Source: a virus (taxonomy: Duplodnaviria > Heunggongvirae > Uroviricota > Caudoviricetes). From it: a DNA stretch of 64,000 nucleotides. The DNA lies in the IMG/VR virus record IMGVR_UViG_2721755676_000001; one strand, written 5' to 3'. A program made the translations under genes and the position numbers. Shown here in pieces: positions 9,511 through 18,627 of the stretch (positions within the stretch are counted from its first letter, which is position 1; every line of letters begins with the position of its first letter). The notes under the pieces were generated by a model. The model saw only the letters and a list, made by a program, of their open reading frames with translations. It ran no database searches and was not told where the DNA came from.

Positions 9511-9548
9511 TTATTAAGGCCATCAGCATTGGTGGTCTTAAATGACCA

Positions 9549-9650
9549 TCCTGTTTCCCTCAGGCTAATAACACCAACCTCTTACCTCCAGGCAACCGAC
9601 AAACCCACCTGTTCCCTTCCGGCTACCGCAACTTTCCACTTTGACGCCTT
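9549..9650. repeat. three tandem ~32-bp repeats (CCTgTTnCCnTCAGGCTAnC core)
   Basis: Homologous to the array at 6416-6510. Confidence 0.55.
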
Positions 9651-9661
9651 ATTCGTACAAC

Positions 9662-9693
9662 GATAATTAACACCAACAAGAAAACAATTTGTT
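9662..9693 (+). promoter_or_regulatory. class I promoter/operator unit
   Basis: GATAAT, about 10 nt spacer, AAGAAAACAATTTGTT, SD AAGGA. Confidence 0.4.
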
Positions 9694-9714
9694 ATTTACG
9701 ATAAGGAATTAATC

Positions 9715-10197
9715 ATGAATTTTATCGCTACTGTAAACGCACCCGCACATGGCAATATCGCTGTAACGTTCTCTGACATTGAAAAACGAGTACTTGGTGC
9801 ATGGCGCGACAATGAGACGGTAGAACTGTCAGCACAAGAAAAATGCATTATTGCACGCGACATCATTGGCAATCGTCGTTACTCGCGGGTATTTGAGAAA
9901 GCATATGTGGTAAATTCTGGATTCGGAACGTTCGTCTTTCCGGTGCGCTCCGGGCGATTCTGCCAGTCCAAGCTGATTGAGTTCGCTACGCAGATTTCTG
10001 TCTGGATTAAAACTCAATCGTCGTTCAAATTTTCCGACGATGAAGCAGTATCGCAGGGGATGCGAATCGCCAACAATGCAATTAAATGCAAAAACATTAC
10101 GTATACCGCTGGCGTTGATACATGGAAACTGTTTTGCGCTAACTTTATGCTGAATGTATACACAAGCAACCGCATCCACATCCTTGATGGCGTGTAA
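9715..10197 (+). CDS. hypothetical protein (160 aa) flanked by repeat arrays
   Basis: ORF with SD; no recognisable domain. Confidence 0.5.
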   Translation: MNFIATVNAPAHGNIAVTFSDIEKRVLGAWRDNETVELSAQEKCIIARDIIGNRRYSRVFEKAYVVNSGFGTFVFPVRSGRFCQSKLIEFATQISVWIKTQSSFKFSDDEAVSQGMRIANNAIKCKNITYTAGVDTWKLFCANFMLNVYTSNRIHILDGV

Positions 10198-10206
10198 CTG
10201 AGAAGA

Positions 10207-10229
10207 GGGCCAGAAACGGCCCTTTCTCT
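10207..10229 (+). terminator. intrinsic terminator
   Basis: GGGCC agaaac GGCCC followed by TTTCTCT. Confidence 0.65.
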
Positions 10230-10246
10230 ATAGCCACCAGCTGCCG

Positions 10247-10326
10247 CAGGGAAATTTTCAGAAACGGCGAGGAACGTATTCATGAGCCGACGGGGAACGG
10301 CCAGGATTTTTTCGGGAAACGGCTGC
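10247..10326. repeat. direct repeats of GGRAAACGGC core (4 copies)
   Basis: Copies at about 10210, 10259, 10291, 10313; ATCAC/GTGAT-rich segment follows at about 10440-10500. Confidence 0.55.
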
Positions 10327-10731
10327 ATTCGCCTTTGTGTAGAAAAAACATCGGGAAGCTGGTGGAATCCAACCAGCGGTTGTCGGACAGGTGAGTGGGG
10401 AAAATTATGATGACTTTCGTCACCTGAGACATCCAGATTTCTTTCGTAGCATAATCACATACGTGATTAAGTGGTGTGATTATGTGAAAAATCACGCGCA
10501 CATAATACGCGAGCGGATACGGAACAAAACAAAATGCCGATCCGCGCCGACAAATAAACGCAGATCATAAAGCAAGACTAAAAGCCAATGATTAACTATG
10601 CGCTATAACGCGTTTTAAGCGCGTTAATGTGTTAAGTAATGGGTATGTACTGGCAAGGATATAAAAGCGCGTCTATGGCGTTATTTTGGCGCTTATTTTT
10701 ATGTTGTTGGAGTGAGTTAAAGACAATAAAA

Positions 10732-10803
10732 AACGCGCCATCAATGGCGCGTTATTGTGGAAGTATTGGAAACGAAAAAAGCGCCCATAGTGGGCGCTCG
10801 ATT
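10732..10803 (-). terminator. tandem intrinsic terminators for the minus-strand operon
   Basis: Minus-strand hairpins AGCGCCCACTATGGGCGCT + T7 (10780-10798) and AACGCGCCATTGATGGCGCGTT + T6 (10732-10753). Confidence 0.6.
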
Positions 10804-11034
10804 TTATTTATGTAAACTGATTTCAAATCCCATTTCTACAAACGCTTTTAACATTAAAAATATATCAGCGTCGTTCACGTCTACTTTTTTTCGCTCCTGG
10901 TCGCTCAATAAGTCAATTTTGCGCGTCGTTTCATCTATAAGCTCGACTGCGCGCCCAGCGTAACCAGCGATCCCAGCGATGCGACTAACATAATATTCAT
11001 TATGGACGTTAACGCCAGCGATAAGAACAAACAT
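10804..11034 (-). CDS. hypothetical protein (76 aa), AT-rich
   Basis: ORF ending directly at the terminator; low GC relative to flanks. Confidence 0.45.
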   Translation of the reverse strand: MFVLIAGVNVHNEYYVSRIAGIAGYAGRAVELIDETTRKIDLLSDQERKKVDVNDADIFLMLKAFVEMGFEISLHK

Positions 11035-11054
11035 GATTAAGCTCCTTAAAAAAA

Positions 11055-11258
11055 TTAAATAGAATTTTGAAGTTTTCCGATTAATGCGCTTAAGCGTAAG
11101 TATTCACGTTTGCGCTTGCAATCTCGCTTGCTGTTAAGCAAATCAGAAAACGTAAAATTTAACTGGTCGCGTTGCGCGATCAAATCATCGATTAATTCTA
11201 GTTTATAAGCGCGATACTTTGCGCGATATTCCGCGCGGATCTTGTCATAGCTGACCAT
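11055..11258 (-). CDS. hypothetical coiled-coil protein (67 aa from second ATG)
   Basis: ATG at 11258 has SD AAGGAG; the longer 11303 start would place a hairpin inside the first codons. Confidence 0.4.
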   Translation of the reverse strand: MVSYDKIRAEYRAKYRAYKLELIDDLIAQRDQLNFTFSDLLNSKRDCKRKREYLRLSALIGKLQNSI

Positions 11259-11275
11259 TTTCAAAGCTCCTTTAA

Positions 11276-11294
11276 AGCGCCCATAGTGGGCGCT
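11276..11294. repeat. hairpin repeat AGCGCCCA-TAG-TGGGCGCT (second copy of the 10780-10798 hairpin)
   Basis: Identical 19-nt hairpin between two minus-strand genes. Confidence 0.5.
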
Positions 11295-11306
11295 TGATTC
11301 CATTAA

Positions 11307-11957
11307 TTACGCTTTGAAAGCATCAGCCAAATAATTGTAGAAATCATTCTTGATAAAGCGATATTGCTGTGTACCAGCTTTTGCGCTTCCCATTCCTTTG
11401 ACTTTCTCAACAAGTCCAAGACGTTCGCAAAGATTGATCAACTGGTTGGCTTGAGTATAGCCAGCGTCCAATTTAATTTCACACGCTTTTTTAGCTTCAT
11501 TCATTAAATCGAAAACAGCGCCATTGGTGAACGTGTCGATCTCGTCGTTAATCATATCGATTAAAGCGAATACACGAGATCCAGACATATCAGCGATGGA
11601 ATAAACGCATTTGCCAGATTTAATTGATTTAACCAGATAAACCAGTTTTTCCAGAGAATAACTATTAGTCATTGCATCACGGAAAAATACTTCTGGCGCT
11701 TGTTTGCTTGCTTTAATCGCATAGTAGAAAACAGAGCATAATTTTTCGTCTTCTACAGCGTTTACGACGTTGTTGATGAAGTAAGCAAGTTTAGTGGTAG
11801 CAGCTTGCATATTTGCTTTGTCTGCTTTGGTGTGCGTACCATTTTTATAATGTTCATTATATGTTTGAGTTGCCAGATCTGCTTTTTCGCGCAGTTCATC
11901 GGATACAATGGAAGCAGCTTCAACGATGGATTTTTTAGAAATGATAATGTTAGCCAT
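11307..11957 (-). CDS. hypothetical protein (216 aa), AT-rich
   Basis: Long ORF; C-terminal region (LINLCERLGLVEKV) is winged-helix-like; no firm family call. Confidence 0.5.
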   Translation of the reverse strand: MANIIISKKSIVEAASIVSDELREKADLATQTYNEHYKNGTHTKADKANMQAATTKLAYFINNVVNAVEDEKLCSVFYYAIKASKQAPEVFFRDAMTNSYSLEKLVYLVKSIKSGKCVYSIADMSGSRVFALIDMINDEIDTFTNGAVFDLMNEAKKACEIKLDAGYTQANQLINLCERLGLVEKVKGMGSAKAGTQQYRFIKNDFYNYLADAFKA

Positions 11958-12254
11958 GATTTTATTCCTTAGTATAAATATTAAAATTTAACTCAAGAAA
12001 GAAAGTGTTTTGCACTCGTTCCTGATGCGTTCAATTATCGACACGCGAAAAAAGATTGCAAGTGTTTTTTTAAGTTTTTTTGCAGGGATGAAAGTCCTAG
12101 AAATAAAAGCTAGATCGTCGAAGGTGTTCCCTAAATAAATAATAAATTCCGGCTTTTGACCTTATATATTTATACGGGGGAGAATTGAATGAGTGTTAAA
12201 CGAATGGCATGTAAAATAATAACCGGACTTAGCCGGTTATTACCCTTATAGAAA

Positions 12255-12773
12255 TTAAAACGGAAGGATTCGTTCAACCCAATCGAAGAAAATAAGTATT
12301 TTTCTACCGTCTTCCAACTTAAGTGTGACTAGACAGGCGTCAACGCCATCTGACGTTCCCTCAATTTCGCGACCGTCTGCCATGTAGACCCTTATAGATT
12401 TGCCGTTTTGGTAAGCCTGACGACATATCTTAAAAAAGTCACGACGTGATGGCTGATTAACCATCTGTTCATTGTTTAGCGTTAGTCGACCTGTGAATGA
12501 AGTGTCAACCTCTTCTATGCCCGACTCAATTGTGCTAATGCGCTCAAGAGGGAGCCTTATACGATTTGTGTTGCTAAGCGGATCTGGTGTGAGGTTCAGC
12601 TTATTTCTTGCGCTCAATAGCCCGTAGACATACATGCAAAATACTTGGCCGTCTTCGAGAGTGACTCTTACAGGAAATTTTGCACTCCGCCAGAAGAGCA
12701 AGGTGCGCTCAGCATGTTCGTAGTCTCGCGGCCAGACTTCAGCCGGTATGCCGTAGGTGATGTCTTTAACCAT
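12255..12773 (-). CDS. hypothetical protein (172 aa), AT-rich
   Basis: Isolated minus-strand ORF with downstream hairpin AACCGG..CCGGTT. Confidence 0.5.
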   Translation of the reverse strand: MVKDITYGIPAEVWPRDYEHAERTLLFWRSAKFPVRVTLEDGQVFCMYVYGLLSARNKLNLTPDPLSNTNRIRLPLERISTIESGIEEVDTSFTGRLTLNNEQMVNQPSRRDFFKICRQAYQNGKSIRVYMADGREIEGTSDGVDACLVTLKLEDGRKILIFFDWVERILPF

Positions 12774-12875
12774 AGTCTACCTTTTTAAGTCTTTTTTGGT
12801 CATTATATACATCTCTATGATGCGTAGACAGACTAACCGTACATTCCACCAAAAATTGATTATGGAATAAGTTTC

Positions 12876-13676
12876 ATGAAGAATGGGGTGAATAAAAAAT
12901 ACTCATTAGCATTGTTAATAGCGGCTTTACTATTAACAGGTTGTGATTCTGATGAAGAGCGAGCCATAAATCTAGTTGAAAAGGATATTCGCTCTACACT
13001 GCTAGATCCTGATGCTGGTCGGTTCACGAATATGCGAGCTATTCAGTTAGGTGAAAATAGCTATTCATATATGGTGTGTGGAGAGGTGAATGGCAAAAAC
13101 GTCTTGAACGCCTATACAGGTGCGACCGCATTCAATGCACACATCTTTGATGTTCGTGAACGTAACCCGATTGTATTCGTTACAATGGATAAAAGTACCA
13201 ACTCGGCAAGAGAACGATTACGTTTTGAACGCCAAAATCTAGCATGTAAAGAAAATGGTGTGAAACTTTATCTGGAAAACGAATCTAAAATCAGGAAGGA
13301 AAAAGAGAAAATAGATGATTTAAAAAAAACTCCATTAGGTCAGGCTGTGTTTGATGCTGCAAGTGATTCTACATATGTGAGTAGAGAGTTGGGCGAATCG
13401 AGAGGTGTTAGTGAAGTGTATGCAAGAGAAAATGATAAATATGCTCTTGTTAGCGTCACCAATTATGACACTCCTGACTTTTACAAATTTAGGAAAAAAG
13501 ACAACGGTGAATTAGAACCTGTTAGAGGGCTGTCTTATACCGGCTATCCATTCGCAGTTGCGCTGTGTCATTCTGAACAAACAGATTATGACAAATGCAT
13601 AACAGAAGAAGAAATCAGGTTGCTTCGAGACGAAAAGAATAAGCTCGACGATTTTGTCGTACCACCAGAAGAATAA
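12876..13676 (+). CDS. putative lipoprotein (266 aa)
   Basis: Signal peptide with lipobox LLTGC; terminator-like 12-bp-stem hairpin downstream (about 13735-13775). Confidence 0.6.
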   Translation: MKNGVNKKYSLALLIAALLLTGCDSDEERAINLVEKDIRSTLLDPDAGRFTNMRAIQLGENSYSYMVCGEVNGKNVLNAYTGATAFNAHIFDVRERNPIVFVTMDKSTNSARERLRFERQNLACKENGVKLYLENESKIRKEKEKIDDLKKTPLGQAVFDAASDSTYVSRELGESRGVSEVYARENDKYALVSVTNYDTPDFYKFRKKDNGELEPVRGLSYTGYPFAVALCHSEQTDYDKCITEEEIRLLRDEKNKLDDFVVPPEE

Positions 13677-14061
13677 CATATACAAAATATTTAATTGCTG
13701 TAAAATTTAATCGTTCAGACATAGGGAAAGCCCGACGCCCTCGACAAATCTTTTTGGTATTGTCGAGGGCGTGTTTCAGATATGCATCCTATTGAACTCT
13801 TCAGATTTATAGGTAGATAGCGTTAATTGGCGTTTTTGTTCTTCTCTTTTTTGTTAATTTCATCACATGCAATATCATCTACTATATTTCTTAGGTCACA
13901 CGTTTTTATAAATTGTCGCATATATCCTCCGAATTTCTTCGGAGGCGAAGCCTACAAATATCATTCAGCCTATCAAGATCTTTTTTCAGCCGAAGGTATA
14001 TACATTCAAAAATGTGATGAGTGTCACATGCAGGTGCTCTCATACACCTGCATGTAGACTA

Positions 14062-14628
14062 TTAATCATTCAATAATCTATATTTTCTTTTGATTAAATC
14101 TTCACCTTTTTTGGTGAACACAAAACCAAATTGCGATTTTTTGTTCAGCCTAAGGACTCTGTTATCCAACGCATCGGTTGATGGAATCAATGTTTGATCA
14201 TCTATCCAATTAAGTAGCGTAAGAAAGTTCAGCAGCCTCAACGTTGTTGTGCGAAGCTCTTTCGATATATTTTCAATGCTGGCAATTCGTCTTTCTTTTT
14301 TCTCAGGTGGTACAGATAATTGTTCTTGAGGTTTCGTGGGTAGATAATCAATTTCGTTTGCTGAATCGAATGATATGTGTGGCGTAATTTTGCTAAAAAA
14401 GCCTTTCGCTGACTCACTTGATAATAAACCAGACCTATTCATATCGTTTGTTATTCTGTACAGGAGTGGACTGTGTTTCATTTCAGGATAACGTTGATAA
14501 AAGTTAAGCAATTCAAAAGCAGCATTAGCACCAACAAGAAAATCAGAAGGATCGCTGACTTTCCAGAAAGAATGATTTTTCTTAGCGCCAGTGGTGTCAA
14601 CAAATGATAATTCTTTTAACCAACTCAT
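14062..14628 (-). CDS. hypothetical protein (188 aa from ATG with SD), AT-rich
   Basis: ATG at 14628 preceded by AAGGAG; last gene of the helicase operon. Confidence 0.45.
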   Translation of the reverse strand: MSWLKELSFVDTTGAKKNHSFWKVSDPSDFLVGANAAFELLNFYQRYPEMKHSPLLYRITNDMNRSGLLSSESAKGFFSKITPHISFDSANEIDYLPTKPQEQLSVPPEKKERRIASIENISKELRTTTLRLLNFLTLLNWIDDQTLIPSTDALDNRVLRLNKKSQFGFVFTKKGEDLIKRKYRLLND

Positions 14629-14693
14629 GATGTGCTCCTTTCTAACAAGTGAGCACATCATAGAATTAGTAGATAGGGGGTAAATATGAAATG

Positions 14694-14972
14694 TTACGGC
14701 AACCTGCTCAGTATTTCCTCTAGATCTTTTTTTGTCATATTGGAGTTCTCATAGATGCGCATGATTTTCTCACGCGTCTTAGCGGAAACCCCAACGGCAG
14801 ATGTGACTTTGTCAAATTCAGCCATAGTCATCGTCTCCAGAATGGCATTGATAACTTCAGCCTTAGACATCTTGATTTTTTTCTCTTTGAGTTTTATTTG
14901 AAATTTTCCAAGTTTTTCATTGGCCTTATCAGACAATGCCACTTGGCAATAAGTTGTTTTCTTTTCGCTCAT
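14694..14972 (-). CDS. small putative ribbon-helix-helix DNA-binding protein (92 aa)
   Basis: N-terminal beta-strand-helix pattern (TYCQVALSDKANEKLGKF); 3-nt gap to the helicase stop. Confidence 0.45.
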   Translation of the reverse strand: MSEKKTTYCQVALSDKANEKLGKFQIKLKEKKIKMSKAEVINAILETMTMAEFDKVTSAVGVSAKTREKIMRIYENSNMTKKDLEEILSRLP

Positions 14973-14974
14973 AA

Positions 14975-16534
14975 CTAATCTCGTTTCAGAACTCCAAAAT
15001 CGAATGCGCCATCAACAGGCAATACACCTTCTGCAAAGCCAGGTGTGGTGTCGATGATGTGTTTTCGCTCATAAGAGTGAGACAACAGGTATTTGTTGCT
15101 AATGTCAATGAAATCAGTGATAAAACACACGTTTGCCTGATTCTTCTTGGCTCGTAACCCACGACCGACACGTTGTCTCATTTCAACTTCTGCTTTCCCA
15201 CCACCAGCAAGAATGACCGCACCAACGCTTGGCACATCAACACCGACATCCAGAATAGTCGAGCCTATTAAAACATCTATGTCGCCAGACGCTAAACTGT
15301 TCAGCTTTGCTTGCCTTGTCGACTGGTTCGATTCCCCATAAATGAAGTCAACTCTAAGGCCGGACTCTTTCATCATTTCCATCAGGATTTGCCCGTGGCG
15401 TTTAAGACGAACCAGAGTCATACAATTGAGAGAATGTTGCTTATAGAGCAATGCTTCGCGAACAATGGCCTCATTACGTCCCAAATTATACACGATCCCC
15501 AACTGATAAGCCTTTTGGTAGGCAGTGCTCATACCTACTCTAAAATTGAGGTGTTTGTTGGCAAGTTCTGCCTTGATTCTGGCCTCGTCCGGCTTGTAGG
15601 CAACTTTATGATAAAGGAAGTATGGCTTTGCCAGAATGCCTCTATCAATCAGGTACTTTTCCGTGACTTTTATTTCAATTCGCCCGGCCACTGCCATCAG
15701 ACGCATGTTGGCTTCCGTAGAATCCTTCATGAACGGCGTTGCCGTAAGCGCCAGGCGATAGTCTGCGTTCGCACATAATCTGGCAATGTCATAGAAATTA
15801 GAGCCTGAAGACTCATGCGCCTCTTCCAGAATAAGAAGAGAGACACTTGAAAGGAAGCGTTTCACCAAGTCCCGACGTTTGAGGTGGTAGCTCTTCTTAT
15901 CTGGAGTTGCATCGCGTGGTGGTTCTTCAAGGAAACTTGCCAGAGTTTGAACTGTAGCGACGTTGATATGTCGTGATACCTGGAACTCACCCGAGCCAAT
16001 GACTCCAACCTTTTGGTCTTTTAACCACGGTTCGCCATTTTCAGCGCGGTAGTCGATGGATCTCTGGAAGTTTTCGGCCATCTGAAACATCAGAACAGAG
16101 CGGGTTGTTAAAAATAATGTCATTCGACCGATACGTGCAGCTGCTTTGCAGGCAACATTAGATTTCCCGCCACCAGTAGCGATCTGCGCAATCATCATTC
16201 CCTCTCGAACCAGTGTTTCCACAGTCTGATCCTGATATGCATAATCAGGATTGTATGGGAATGGGTTGACCGCCGGATTTGGCTTTCCAAGCGCCGGAGC
16301 TTTGTCTTTGCGGATATGAACACATTTGATGCCCGTCTTGTTCAAGTTCGCCGCTACAGGCTTGGCAAAGCCAGCAGGGAACGAGTTTTTACTCCAGTTG
16401 AACATCGTGCTTGTGCCCTTCCAGTCGCCAGTCTCGACTTCGTAGCTCAACATCTGTTGCACCAGTTGCTTTACCTTGTCATCTGCGCCAGAAATAAGTG
16501 CATTTACTGCGTTAGATACAATCCGAACAGTCAT
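14975..16534 (-). CDS. superfamily 2 DEAD/DEAH-box helicase (ResIII-like)
   Basis: Motif I ATGGGKS, motif II LILEEAHE, motif III TATP, motif VI QRVGRGLR. Confidence 0.8.
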   Translation of the reverse strand: MTVRIVSNAVNALISGADDKVKQLVQQMLSYEVETGDWKGTSTMFNWSKNSFPAGFAKPVAANLNKTGIKCVHIRKDKAPALGKPNPAVNPFPYNPDYAYQDQTVETLVREGMMIAQIATGGGKSNVACKAAARIGRMTLFLTTRSVLMFQMAENFQRSIDYRAENGEPWLKDQKVGVIGSGEFQVSRHINVATVQTLASFLEEPPRDATPDKKSYHLKRRDLVKRFLSSVSLLILEEAHESSGSNFYDIARLCANADYRLALTATPFMKDSTEANMRLMAVAGRIEIKVTEKYLIDRGILAKPYFLYHKVAYKPDEARIKAELANKHLNFRVGMSTAYQKAYQLGIVYNLGRNEAIVREALLYKQHSLNCMTLVRLKRHGQILMEMMKESGLRVDFIYGESNQSTRQAKLNSLASGDIDVLIGSTILDVGVDVPSVGAVILAGGGKAEVEMRQRVGRGLRAKKNQANVCFITDFIDISNKYLLSHSYERKHIIDTTPGFAEGVLPVDGAFDFGVLKRD

Positions 16535-16616
16535 AAACCTCTTTCCTTAGTGCCTTTTGTATGTTATTTGGCTATTATAATAAGTAAGTGATTACTTAAT
16601 GGATTGTAGCAATAAA

Positions 16617-17297
16617 ATGGATGTAAAAATCACGATTTTGCAGGTTGATGTTGCCAACCTTCGCCCGAATACCTGGAACACCAATTCGGTTGGTGCGCAG
16701 AATTTCGAAAAACTGAAAGGTTCTATCGAAAAATTGGGCTTTTTTAAGCCAATTTTGGCTCGTGAACTTGAAGATGGATTTTTTGAAATCCTCGGCGGCG
16801 AACATCGCTGGCGTGCTGCTATTGAGCAAGGGATTTCAACGGTTCCGGTGCTTTCTGTGGGCAAAATTAGCGATGTCGTAGCTAAACAGATGTCACTGGT
16901 GGACAACGAGCGATACGGTGAAGACGACCAAATCGCATTGCAACGCTTCATTGAAGAAATTCAGTCAGAACTTGACTATCAACTGTCTGAAATCGCTCCG
17001 TATGACGACGAAATCTCGATGGTTTTAGCAAAAGAGGCGGCAATCGACCTTGAAGCACTGGAGGCGTTGTCTCGTGGTAGTGATGAGCCTGTCGATACCG
17101 ACAAACGAGAGAAAACCGAACGTGTGGGTGCGGAACATCAGACCATGCGCTTCAAAGTAACTTTCGATGCGTCAGATCGTGTTGCAGAAACCATAAAAAA
17201 CATCATCAAAGAGCAGGCTATTAACACCGGTAATGAAATGGAGAACGCTGGTGAGGCTCTGGTGTGGCTGGTCGACTACTACAAGGAGCGTATGTAA
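16617..17297 (+). CDS. ParB/Srx-fold (ParB-like nuclease domain) protein 1
   Basis: GGEHRWRAA matches the ParB box II GERRxRAA pattern; class II palindrome TAAGTAAGTGATTACTTA overlaps the alternative 16599 start. Confidence 0.65.
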   Translation: MDVKITILQVDVANLRPNTWNTNSVGAQNFEKLKGSIEKLGFFKPILARELEDGFFEILGGEHRWRAAIEQGISTVPVLSVGKISDVVAKQMSLVDNERYGEDDQIALQRFIEEIQSELDYQLSEIAPYDDEISMVLAKEAAIDLEALEALSRGSDEPVDTDKREKTERVGAEHQTMRFKVTFDASDRVAETIKNIIKEQAINTGNEMENAGEALVWLVDYYKERM

Positions 17298-17965
17298 TGA
17301 CCAAAAAGTTTGAAATCGTATATCGCGACCCGGCAGATCTTATTCCCTATGAGATGAATGCCAAAAAGCATGATGAACAGCAGATCCGAGATCTAGCTGC
17401 AGCCATTAAAAAGCGCGGATTTGACCAGCCAATTACGGTCGATAAGAACGACGTAATTATTACTGGCCACGGCCGCCGTGAGGCTGCAATTTTTGCTGGA
17501 CTTGAGCGCGTACCGGTTATTGTTCGCGATGATCTCAGTGATGACGAGGTTCGTGCGAAGCGCCTTGAAGATAACCGACTTGCCAGCATTGATTACGATG
17601 CAATTAAGCTACAGAAAGAGCTTGAGTCGCTTGTTCTGGACGATATCGAGGTTTTCGGCTTTGAAGAGCGTGAGTTGAATGTTCTCGTTGGCAGTATGAC
17701 AGAAGAAATGGACACCGACTCGCTAGTTATCGATCTTGGCGAAGAAACTAAACGACAGAAGGATGAACACACCGAGATCAGTCGTGAAGTTGCAGCGGAA
17801 GAAGTACGTGTTGTCGACGTATTGGGCTTTAAAACGCTCCCTGCTGGCTCTGCCATTGTTGTTGGTGATTTGCTTGCCCACATGGAAGAAATGACGGGAG
17901 AAAGCGGGGTAGACGCATTTGTGGCATATGCGGAGAAGATCTCTTCCGGGGAGATGGCTGCATGA
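17297..17965 (+). CDS. ParB/Srx-fold (ParB-like nuclease domain) protein 2
   Basis: GHGRREAA motif in the N-terminal domain; TAATG stop-start overlap with the preceding gene. Confidence 0.65.
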   Translation: MTKKFEIVYRDPADLIPYEMNAKKHDEQQIRDLAAAIKKRGFDQPITVDKNDVIITGHGRREAAIFAGLERVPVIVRDDLSDDEVRAKRLEDNRLASIDYDAIKLQKELESLVLDDIEVFGFEERELNVLVGSMTEEMDTDSLVIDLGEETKRQKDEHTEISREVAAEEVRVVDVLGFKTLPAGSAIVVGDLLAHMEEMTGESGVDAFVAYAEKISSGEMAA

Positions 17966-18627
17966 GCAAATACATCATCAAAGTATCGTTTCAGACACGC
18001 GTAAATAAAACCACTCGCACGTTGGAAATCGCTGAGTCGTTCGGGCTTGGCCTGGACGAAAAAGAGTGGACGCTTTACGACAATCTGGAGCTGGAAGTGA
18101 AGCAGGGCGATGTGGTGTACATCACCGGCCAATCCGGTTCCGGCAAATCCGTTGTGCTGCGCGAGTTGCAACGACAGATGAAGGATGAAGGGCTGTCTGT
18201 AGCCTCCATCGATGATTTTACCTTCGATAATGAGGTTAACGTCATCGATCAGTTGGGCAAAACGACCAGTGATGCGCTTGGGTTGTTATCTATGGCTGGT
18301 CTGAACGATGCATATCTGTTTGTTCGCAAGCCTTCTGAAATGTCAGACGGCCAGAAATATCGTCTCAAGATTGCCAAACTGATTGAGTCAGGCGCTAAAG
18401 TATGGGCTGCTGACGAGTTCGGCGCTGTTCTCGACCGTGTAACCGCTCAGGTTGTGGCGTCTAACCTCCAGCGTGCCGCTCGAAAGGTTGGTGCGACGGT
18501 AATGGTGGCGACGACTCACGAAGACCTGAAGAACGCGCTGCGCCCGGATATGCAGATCACCAAGCACTACAAAGAACGCGTGAAGGTGGAATATCACAAT
18601 GGTAGTCATGATGAGGTCCATTCATGA
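17962..18627 (+). CDS. minimal ABC-type ATPase (221 aa, no transporter partner)
   Basis: Walker A GQSGSGKS, signature SDGQ, Walker B VWAADE, H-loop TTHE; ATGA overlap with the preceding gene. Confidence 0.7.
   Translation: MSKYIIKVSFQTRVNKTTRTLEIAESFGLGLDEKEWTLYDNLELEVKQGDVVYITGQSGSGKSVVLRELQRQMKDEGLSVASIDDFTFDNEVNVIDQLGKTTSDALGLLSMAGLNDAYLFVRKPSEMSDGQKYRLKIAKLIESGAKVWAADEFGAVLDRVTAQVVASNLQRAARKVGATVMVATTHEDLKNALRPDMQITKHYKERVKVEYHNGSHDEVHS

Noticed and set aside
7064-10326. Possibility that the direct-repeat arrays are CRISPR arrays
   Set aside because: Repeat units are short (about 11-31 bp) with irregular spacing and non-unique spacers; there are no cas genes or leader-like sequence.
10440-10500. 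DnaA-box interpretation of the ATCAC/GTGAT cluster
   Set aside because: Best matches differ from the TTATNCACA consensus at two positions each; noted only as a protein-binding-like cluster, not as an origin.
15311-15778. 155-aa plus-strand ORF inside the helicase gene, and the 5294-5482 ORF after gene 5052
   Set aside because: The first is antisense within a motif-supported helicase ORF; the second lacks an RBS and any conservation signal, so it is left unannotated.
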